DNA of 32,000 nt, from assembly GCA_020854255.1 (NCBI GenBank), contig JADZFV010000392.1, forward strand, positions 1,018 to 33,017, given 5' to 3'. This document shows, one piece after another, positions 25,668 to 32,000 of this stretch. Position 1 is the first letter of the stretch. Each line of letters starts with the position of its first letter. The notes beneath the pieces were generated by a model that was given only the letters and a program-made list of their open reading frames with translations, was not told the DNA's origin and made no database searches. Origin of the DNA: Candidatus Melainabacteria bacterium. Lineage in GTDB: Bacteria; Cyanobacteriota; Vampirovibrionia; Obscuribacterales; Obscuribacteraceae. A program made the position numbers and the translations under genes.

Positions 25668-26153
25668 ATGCCTTTCATCAAGCCGACCTACAATATCGAC
25701 GGAGACGTCACAGACATCATCATTGATGCACTTGTGGCCGACGGCGTGAAAGGACTGATTTTCGATCTCGACAGCACTCTCATCGAATCAAAAACCGCTC
25801 GCCTGACCGACGAAGTGAATGCCTGGCTGGTTAAGGCCAGACCGCATTTTAAGATGGTGATCTTGAGCAACAACAAAAACCCTGTCTATCTCGAAAAAGT
25901 TAAAACGGTCCTGGAAATGCCTGTGATCGGATATGCGAGAAAGCCCAGCCGGCGAGGATTTCGTCAAGCGATGGAAATGTTGGACTTGCCGCCGGCACAA
26001 GTAGCAGTTATTGGGGATCGCCCGCTCACTGACATTCTGGGCGGAAAAAGAAGCGGTGCAAAAACCGTGCTTGTCAAAATATTGCGCACCATCAAAGAGC
26101 CGTCCTGGAAAACCAGCATCAGAAATCTGGAAAGAAGACTGATAGGCAGGTGA
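25668..26153 (+). CDS. YqeG-type HAD-IIIA family phosphatase
   Basis: LIFDLDSTL (HAD motif I), ILSNN, RKPSRRGF, VIGDRPLTDILGG. It starts 15 nt after the upstream stop. Confidence 0.75.
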   Translation: MPFIKPTYNIDGDVTDIIIDALVADGVKGLIFDLDSTLIESKTARLTDEVNAWLVKARPHFKMVILSNNKNPVYLEKVKTVLEMPVIGYARKPSRRGFRQAMEMLDLPPAQVAVIGDRPLTDILGGKRSGAKTVLVKILRTIKEPSWKTSIRNLERRLIGR

Positions 26154-26225
26154 TAAAACACCCACAGAGCTTGCAAAATTGATCCGATTGGGTTAGCTTG
26201 AAGCAAGTCATAGTGAGGGTTTCCG

Positions 26226-28097
26226 GTGTCTATCCAGCAGATATACAAGAGTCGTACGTCTCTTGTTTCATTCATATCTGTTTCCCTTTTGCTTTCATCG
26301 ACTCTGACACCTTTAGCAGTGGCAAAGCCGACAGGTCAGGTTCAAAAGATTGAGCCGGTTATCACCCTCTGGCAATTGCAACCCTTTCGCCCCAATCTGA
26401 TTCCCGCCGCTTCCATCTCCCATGTGAGGGCAAAGACCGTTTTGCCGGCAGGGAAACGGGCAGCGCCTAAAGAGAAAAGAAAAATCGCACCTACCGATCA
26501 CTTTCGCATCGGTCTGGTCCTGAAAGCCAAAGGTAACTCAGGAAGGGCCCTCGTCGAATTTCTCAAAGCTACTCAGAAAAATCCTCGCCAGATCAACGCC
26601 TTTTACGAACAGGCTCTGATCTTCAGGCAACAGGGCTATTTGAAGCTGGCAGATTCTTCGCTCGAGCAAGCGCTGCGCATCGCCAAATCTTCTTCGAAAA
26701 ACCCGAAGAGAAAGTCGTTCAACGTCAACGACCTCAATCGCATTCGACTCCTGCTCGCCACCGTCCGCCTCGAGCAGGGCAACGTAGGAAGCGCGGCCGA
26801 AGAGCTGGGACGCTCATTGGGTATCGCTCTGAATGTGCCGCCAACCAATTCAAATTCAACTGCCGGTGATTGGCCGGACAACCCTGCAGCGAATTCTAAC
26901 CCGCCAACCACAATCCTGCAGTCGTTGCATCCTGAAATCGAGGAGCAAAAGGAACACTCCTCAAGCCAGAAAGCGCCAGTATTCCAACCCACTGCTCAAT
27001 CCGATGAAAAGGTAATTACTGATGCGTGGAGCGATCCGACAATAAAAGAGAACGCAGCCGATGCCACCGTTTCCGATCTCATCAAAGAGGGACTGACAGG
27101 GCTGAAAGATCATCTGTTCAACCCGCTTTCCATCCTGGGTACGCCGCGCATATCGCAGGACGGGGAAAAGACAGAGAAGAACAAGAAGAAAGAAAAACGC
27201 GTAAGGAAACATCACTGGCGAGAACCAAAACGCAAAGTCGCTCTCAAAACAGAAGAAGAGAAAAAACCGCAGGAAAAAAGAAAGCGCCGCAGCTGGCTTG
27301 AAAGACGTCTGGCTCTCACGCAGACCGATGCTGTAAAGCCAGAGGCAGCCAATCTACCGGAAAAAACTGAAGAAGCGCAAGAACAGAAACAAGAACAAGC
27401 AGAGCCGCAATTGGTAAAGTCCGAGCCTGCCTTGCAGGAAGTCGCCAAAGAAAATAAAAACGATCTGGCCGTCAATTCTAAAACAGCGGCTCTCACTTTC
27501 ACCAAAGAAGAGTCCACAATCAGGCTGGCCGACTCAATCAAGAATGCAAACTCGAAAGAGAGCGCCGATACACAGGCAGAAGCAGGTTCGCTCAGCCTGA
27601 CCATGCCGCCGGCCATTTCGCAGCGCATCTCGCTCGTGGCGGCCTTGCTCTCAGCTTTCAACCATTACACAAATAAAACAACGGCTGCGGAAAAAACGCC
27701 GGAAAAGCCTGTAGACCCGATTGATGAAAGGCTCAAATATTTAGCAGAACACGGCACTTCGTCACTCAAGGAAGGCGAAGCCTTCATGTTCTCCGAAGAA
27801 TCCGGCGAAGCCACGCTCTTTATGTCAAACGGCGAGGTGATTCGAAGAACTATTGCGATCGCTCGCGGGCATGAAGAAGTGGCAAAACTAAGACGCCCGG
27901 ACATACTAATTCCCGAAGAACTAATCTACAATCTAGCTTTAATGGCAAAAATATTGCCCAAACAGGAAGAGCCGAAAGAAACGGTTAGAGAGCCCACAGA
28001 AACCGCTCCCAGACTGAAAGTGCCGGCGAGCCTTTTAAGAACAGATTCTAAGCCTCATTCATTCTCTGACTGGCTGAAGGACGTTCTGAACCTATAG
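26226..28097 (+). CDS. Secreted protein with an N-terminal TPR-like region, a long charged disordered region and an unrecognised C-terminal domain
   Basis: GTG start with GAGGG 7 nt upstream. Signal-like LVSFISVSLLLSSTLTPLAVAKP. TPR-like HFRIGLVLKAKGNSGRALVEFLKATQKNPRQINAFYEQALIF. Charged tract EKTEKNKKKEKRVRKHHWREPKRKVALKTEEEKKPQEKRKRR. Confidence 0.65.
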   Translation: MSIQQIYKSRTSLVSFISVSLLLSSTLTPLAVAKPTGQVQKIEPVITLWQLQPFRPNLIPAASISHVRAKTVLPAGKRAAPKEKRKIAPTDHFRIGLVLKAKGNSGRALVEFLKATQKNPRQINAFYEQALIFRQQGYLKLADSSLEQALRIAKSSSKNPKRKSFNVNDLNRIRLLLATVRLEQGNVGSAAEELGRSLGIALNVPPTNSNSTAGDWPDNPAANSNPPTTILQSLHPEIEEQKEHSSSQKAPVFQPTAQSDEKVITDAWSDPTIKENAADATVSDLIKEGLTGLKDHLFNPLSILGTPRISQDGEKTEKNKKKEKRVRKHHWREPKRKVALKTEEEKKPQEKRKRRSWLERRLALTQTDAVKPEAANLPEKTEEAQEQKQEQAEPQLVKSEPALQEVAKENKNDLAVNSKTAALTFTKEESTIRLADSIKNANSKESADTQAEAGSLSLTMPPAISQRISLVAALLSAFNHYTNKTTAAEKTPEKPVDPIDERLKYLAEHGTSSLKEGEAFMFSEESGEATLFMSNGEVIRRTIAIARGHEEVAKLRRPDILIPEELIYNLALMAKILPKQEEPKETVREPTETAPRLKVPASLLRTDSKPHSFSDWLKDVLNL

Positions 28098-28118
28098 AGC
28101 GACGCTCAGGATTGAATT

Positions 28119-29831
28119 TTGGATAGCGGCGTCAATAAAGAGGACACCAGGTCCGGTTATATGACTCCAGCGACAAGCGCCATTGTCGCAGCCAATATTG
28201 TCATGTTTGCGGTTATGGCTGTATTTACCGGGTCTCAAGCGATCACCGGACCGAACAATCAGACGCTGCTGGCCTTCGGCGCAGACATCGGTGTGCGGGC
28301 AATGAACGGTGAATACTGGCGTATCGTCAGCAACCTTTTCGTGCACATAGGGCTGCTTCATTGTTTTATGAACATGTGGATTTTCGCCGTAATGGGACCA
28401 AACGTCGAAAGGATTTACGGAACAGTAAAATTCACGCTTGCATATTTCTTTGCCGGAATCATCGCCTCACTGACCAGCATTTACATGAGCCCGCAGCAGA
28501 TTTCCGCAGGCGCATCGGGAGCGGTTTTCGGCGTATTCGGTTTGTGGTTCGGTTTTCTCGTAGCCAACAAGAGCATACTGCAAGAAAATTTCGTCAGGTC
28601 GAACATGAAGAGCGCTGTTGTGTTTTTGATCATGGTTTTGGCCAGTGGATTCATGCGCTCCGGCATCGATAATGCCGCCCATATTGGCGGGGTTTTTGCC
28701 GGCTTCCTGTGCGGTTTTTTGCTCTCCGCGCCCTTGCCTGGTCAAGCAATGTGGAGAAAAAAGGATTTCTTCGGAATTGTATTGATGATTGCAATCATAG
28801 CCGGCGCCTTTTACCTGTCATATGCAAAGACACATAAAGCGATCGCAGATCAATCAGTAGTTCTCTCTCCTCTTGACCTGAAAGAACCAACCGCCTGCTT
28901 GAAAAACAACAAGCCGCAAGAAGCGATGAAGGTGCTTAACGCTCTTTTGGCGAAACAGCCGAATAATCCGCAGGCTCACTATTTACGAGCACTTGCTTTT
29001 CTTCTGCTCAATGACGAAGAAAAGGCGCTTGCAGATGTAAACGAAACTCTGAAGATATTCCCGGAGATGCTGCCGGCCCTTCAATTCAAGGCGCAAAGAC
29101 TGATTAATCTGGCTCGCTTCAAAGAAGCCTTGACGACCGCCGATAAGGTTGTCGCCCTTGCTCCAAATGATAGCCTTGGCTATCAACTCCGCTCATCCAT
29201 ATACGACCGCCTGGACAATACAGCAAAGTGCCTGGATGACGCTAATGAAGCAGTCCGCCTTACACCTACCAACGCGAACGCTTACAGCACTCGCGGCTAT
29301 TCCTACATGAATTTAGGATTGGCCGACGATGCCGTCAAGGATTTTTCAAAAGCGATCGAGCTAGATCCGGGACTGGTGGGCGCTATGAGCGGACGAATGT
29401 TCGCGTATTTTATGCAATCCGACTACATTGCCTGCGACAAGCAATGTATGGAGATTCTCGCCAAAGTAGGAATGGGCGATCATTGCGCACCATATGCGGT
29501 GATGATGGCGGCGATTTGCCGCAAACAGCTCAGGCATCTACCAGAGAGAATTGCTTTACTAAATCAAGCCCTGCAAACATTGCCGGCCAAAACATGGCCT
29601 TTCCCAATTATTCAGTACATGAACGAGCAAATCATTTCAGAGTCGGTCTTTCAGCAAGCGACAGACAACGACAAAATGACGGAAGCAAAAACATACGTCG
29701 CGTTTGATTTGCTTGCGGACAACAAAGGCGCAGAAGCAAGCCCCATGATCATCTGGGTAAAAGAACATGGAAACAAAGCATTCAATGAATACGATCTGGT
29801 CAGCGCACTGCTTTTGAAGCTAAAGAAGTAG
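28119..29831 (+). CDS. Rhomboid family intramembrane serine protease fused to a C-terminal TPR domain (GluP/YqgP-like architecture)
   Basis: EYWR in loop 1, HCFMNM, catalytic GASGAVFGVFG and AAHIGGVFAG. About 7 TM segments, then ~300 aa of TPR (LLAKQPNNPQAHYLRALAF, AIELDPGLVGA). The TTG at 28119 lies 21 nt after the upstream stop. The ATG at 28161 is an alternative start. Confidence 0.85.
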   Translation: MDSGVNKEDTRSGYMTPATSAIVAANIVMFAVMAVFTGSQAITGPNNQTLLAFGADIGVRAMNGEYWRIVSNLFVHIGLLHCFMNMWIFAVMGPNVERIYGTVKFTLAYFFAGIIASLTSIYMSPQQISAGASGAVFGVFGLWFGFLVANKSILQENFVRSNMKSAVVFLIMVLASGFMRSGIDNAAHIGGVFAGFLCGFLLSAPLPGQAMWRKKDFFGIVLMIAIIAGAFYLSYAKTHKAIADQSVVLSPLDLKEPTACLKNNKPQEAMKVLNALLAKQPNNPQAHYLRALAFLLLNDEEKALADVNETLKIFPEMLPALQFKAQRLINLARFKEALTTADKVVALAPNDSLGYQLRSSIYDRLDNTAKCLDDANEAVRLTPTNANAYSTRGYSYMNLGLADDAVKDFSKAIELDPGLVGAMSGRMFAYFMQSDYIACDKQCMEILAKVGMGDHCAPYAVMMAAICRKQLRHLPERIALLNQALQTLPAKTWPFPIIQYMNEQIISESVFQQATDNDKMTEAKTYVAFDLLADNKGAEASPMIIWVKEHGNKAFNEYDLVSALLLKLKK

Positions 29832-29899
29832 CGGCGCCAGTGCTGGTTTAAAGGTTTAATGTCAAGCATTTGAACTTTTTTCCCGCAAATTACGTTTTT

Positions 29900-29931
29900 A
29901 CAATTGTGAGGCTTTGAAGTCTCACAATTGT
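29900..29931. promoter_or_regulatory. Perfect 11-bp inverted repeat (candidate operator or 5'-UTR hairpin) upstream of the small secreted-protein gene
   Basis: ACAATTGTGAG-gctttgaagt-CTCACAATTGT. The arms are at 29900-29910 and 29921-29931, 15 nt upstream of the AAGGAG RBS at 29946-29951. Confidence 0.5.
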
Positions 29932-29958
29932 AGTCAGACTTTCATAAGGAGATTACCT

Positions 29959-30216
29959 ATGAAACGCACAACCAAAAAGTCTCTGGTCTTCGCAACCGCT
30001 CTCGCCATCCTATTTTTCGGCGCCCCCGGAGCCCAGGCGGGCGGCATCCACGACGTTCGCACAAGACGTTCCAACGATTCGCCGGCAAGGAAATTTTCCG
30101 GCACACAGCCAAATAAAAAGTTCATCGCTCACAAAAGGAGGAAATCATTCAAAAGCAGGCAGTCAAAAGATCGCACAACAAACAGCTTTCCGATGATCAT
30201 GGGGAAAGGTGCATAA
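29959..30216 (+). CDS. Small secreted, highly basic protein (85 aa precursor)
   Basis: AAGGAG lies 7 nt upstream of the ATG. Signal peptide MKRTTKKSLVFATALAILFFGAPGAQA. The mature part is rich in Arg and Lys (RTRRSN, KKFIAHKRRKSFKSRQSKDR). A terminator follows downstream. Confidence 0.55.
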   Translation: MKRTTKKSLVFATALAILFFGAPGAQAGGIHDVRTRRSNDSPARKFSGTQPNKKFIAHKRRKSFKSRQSKDRTTNSFPMIMGKGA

Positions 30217-30308
30217 TCATTCTTCAGAACATACCGAACAGTCGATCTGAAAAGCAGATCTGAAAAACCGATCTAAAATCGGAATTGAGAAGCCGAATTG
30301 AGAGCCCC

Positions 30309-30327
30309 AACTGCGCGCAGTTTTTTT
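30309..30327 (+). terminator. Rho-independent terminator
   Basis: AACTGCGCGCAGTT palindrome followed by TTTTTTT. It lies between the stop at 30216 (+) and the stop at 30336 (-). Confidence 0.7.
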
Positions 30328-30335
30328 CACCTATA

Positions 30336-31073
30336 TTATTCGTACAGGTGCTGAGCAAGCCATTTGTTGAAACTTTTGTGCTGCAAATCCATGAAATTGT
30401 GTCCGCTCCATTCATAGATTTTCAAGGTCGAAGTTGGAAGAGCTTTGTGGATGTGCTCAACATAGACACAGGGCGCCACCGGATCAAATCTGCCCACCGA
30501 CAGGTGAACCGGACATGACACGTTGATCTGGCGGTCGACAAAATTTACGTCCTCAAAATTTTCGACAATTTGCTCTAGCGTGTGCACCTTTGTTTCCAAC
30601 AAAGTGCGCTCGCGCCAGGGAAGCCTGTGCCGTATTTCCAGAGACTGCAGTCTCGGAAAAGCACCTTTGAGAAACCAGCGAAAGGCTACTCCCATATGTT
30701 TTGGCACACGTCCTGGCAAGGAAGCCGCAAAAACACGTTGAACCATTTCAGGATGCCTCTCGGCGATTGTCACCGAAAGAATCGAACCAAGTGAATGTCC
30801 GATGAAAACAATCGGGTAATCAAGATCGAGCGTTTGCAGCGTCTCCATCACGTCGGCAATATGAACCTCCAGATCGGTCGTATCAAGCGGTTCTTCACTC
30901 AATCCGTGCCCGCGCAAATCAAGCGCATACGCGCGGTGACCGCGCTTGTGCAAAAACTCCAGTTGCTTATTCCACATCTCCCCGTTTGAGCCGGTGCCGT
31001 GGATCAAAACCACGTCAGGATGCGACTCTGTGTGAATGAAATCGGACTCAAATGTTCGAACATGCAGCTTCAT
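30336..31073 (-). CDS. Alpha/beta hydrolase fold protein
   Basis: VVLIHGTGSNGEMW (HG oxyanion region), nucleophile elbow FIGHSLGS, and C-terminal WSGHNF (catalytic His candidate). It starts 9 nt after the upstream gene's stop, so co-transcription is likely. Confidence 0.8.
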   Translation of the reverse strand: MKLHVRTFESDFIHTESHPDVVLIHGTGSNGEMWNKQLEFLHKRGHRAYALDLRGHGLSEEPLDTTDLEVHIADVMETLQTLDLDYPIVFIGHSLGSILSVTIAERHPEMVQRVFAASLPGRVPKHMGVAFRWFLKGAFPRLQSLEIRHRLPWRERTLLETKVHTLEQIVENFEDVNFVDRQINVSCPVHLSVGRFDPVAPCVYVEHIHKALPTSTLKIYEWSGHNFMDLQHKSFNKWLAQHLYE

Positions 31074-31082
31074 CTGATTGGA

Positions 31083-32000
31083 CTATGTTGTCTGTCCTTG
31101 CGAAATGTCCGGAATTGCATGTTTGACCTTTTCCACACGCACTGCATCTCTAATGCTGCCCGAGGCCGGATCGAACACCGGCGAGAAAGACGGATCGCAA
31201 AAACCCAGGATCATTCTGGCAATATCGTAGACCGCTTCTGTTCGGTCCAGACTGTAACGAGTCGGCAACTTGTAATGATCTCTGTCTGCAATCGGCGTGA
31301 AATTCTCGACAATCTCGAGAATCTCTTCCGGGTTCTCGACTTTGTAAGCCAAATTTTCCTTGACGAGAAGCTGAACAGTACCTAATTCCTGAGGCATCGG
31401 GTGGGTAATGGTGTCAAAAACCAGGGGCAATTTTTTCGAAATTGCCTCGAAAGTGGTCAGACCACCGGCTTTGGTCACCATTAAGTCAACATGCGACATG
31501 ATGTCGGCCATTCGATCGTAGTAAGGCATAACGGCAGTCGGAATTGGATTGGTGGCGGCAGCGTTTTTTGCTTTGTTGTACAGCTCTTCGTTGCGCCCGC
31601 ACAGGAAAATTATCTGGATGTTTCTCTTGGTCCTGCCGAGTTGATGATACATGTCCAGCATGTTTCCACCGCCTGCCCAGCCGGAATTCAGAAATATGGT
31701 TGTCCGCTCGCCATCCAGTCCGAGTGACTCCATGAATTGCTTGCGCGTCGTGGCAGGCGGCTTCAAAAATTGAGGATTTACAGGCATTCCGACGATACGA
31801 ATCTTCTCTGCCGGCACGCCCCATTCCACTAATTGCTGTTTGGACAGAGAATTAGGCACTACGGTCAAAGCCGCATCCGGGCAAGCCCAGCCGCGCCAGA
31901 AATTGCCGTTGGGGTCGGTGACTACGGTAAGAAGCTTGACCTTGTCTGTAAGCTCGAGGTCTTTGAGAACTCTTGCAACATATTGATTGGTCATTGGGTG
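31083..32000 (-). CDS. GT28 / MGDG-synthase (UgtP-like) family glycosyltransferase (N-terminus lies outside the window)
   Basis: MSHVDLMVTKAGGLTTFEAISKKLPLVFDTITHPMPQELGT matches the GT28 C-terminal motif (KaGGxTxxEa...PGQE). IRIVGMPVNPQF matches UgtP ITGIPIRPQF. The frame stays open to the window edge, so the M at 31994 is probably internal. Confidence 0.8.
   Translation of the reverse strand, partial: HPMTNQYVARVLKDLELTDKVKLLTVVTDPNGNFWRGWACPDAALTVVPNSLSKQQLVEWGVPAEKIRIVGMPVNPQFLKPPATTRKQFMESLGLDGERTTIFLNSGWAGGGNMLDMYHQLGRTKRNIQIIFLCGRNEELYNKAKNAAATNPIPTAVMPYYDRMADIMSHVDLMVTKAGGLTTFEAISKKLPLVFDTITHPMPQELGTVQLLVKENLAYKVENPEEILEIVENFTPIADRDHYKLPTRYSLDRTEAVYDIARMILGFCDPSFSPVFDPASGSIRDAVRVEKVKHAIPDISQGQTT

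Noticed and set aside
29900-29931. Reading the 11-bp inverted repeat as a LacI-family operator
   Set aside because: The half-site matches lacO, but LacI-type operators have essentially no spacer between half-sites. This one has 10 bp, and no LacI-family gene is nearby. It is kept as a generic operator or hairpin candidate instead.
1-32000. A search for mobile elements, CRISPR arrays, rRNA/tRNA genes, toxin-antitoxin pairs, restriction-modification or other defence-island signatures
   Set aside because: I saw no transposase, integrase, recombinase, Cas, nuclease-ATPase or methylase motifs in any ORF. There is no spaced repeat array, no long terminal or direct repeats, and no tRNA-like cloverleaf. 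The window looks like core chromosome.

Overview
All calls rest on motif recognition by eye and from memory. No homology search, HMM scan, fold prediction or statistics were run.

The window looks like ordinary chromosome. It is densely coding (about nine-tenths by ORF coordinates) with moderate GC. I found no rRNA, tRNA, CRISPR array, transposase, integrase or defence-type cluster.

Recognisable housekeeping genes:
- 5'-nucleotidase (partial)
- thymidine kinase
- thiolase
- alanine dehydrogenase
- CPD photolyase
- TspO
- MutS
- UppS
- YqeG-type HAD phosphatase
- alpha/beta hydrolase
- GT28/MGDG-synthase-like glycosyltransferase (partial)

These are interleaved with lineage-specific envelope and secreted proteins:
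- five TPR proteins, one of them fused to a rhomboid protease
- an SLH-domain protein with a glycine-zipper C-terminal module
- an orphan Roadblock/LC7 protein
- a DUF4388-like tail-anchored protein
- several signal-peptide proteins with Lys-rich charged tracts

Several genes use TTG or GTG starts behind strong GGAGG-type ribosome-binding sites. The SLH protein, the SRPBCC/TIGR01777 fusion and the glycolipid GT hint at a deep-branching diderm, possibly related to Cyanobacteria. That is only a guess.

I do not see a compact, obviously novel multi-gene system. The best candidates for something undescribed are:
1. The SLH / beta-domain / Gly-zipper hairpin / PQGGY-repeat protein and its neighbours at 19.5-22.5 kb, a possible outer-membrane to cell-wall tether.
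2. The rhomboid-TPR neighbourhood at 26.2-30.2 kb, including a small basic secreted peptide behind a perfect 11-bp inverted repeat.
3. Three enzymes or remnants with eroded catalytic motifs: an aspartase/fumarase-family protein lacking the GSSxMPxKxN loop, a TIGR01777-like domain lacking GxxGxxG, and a 5'-truncated exonuclease III remnant.
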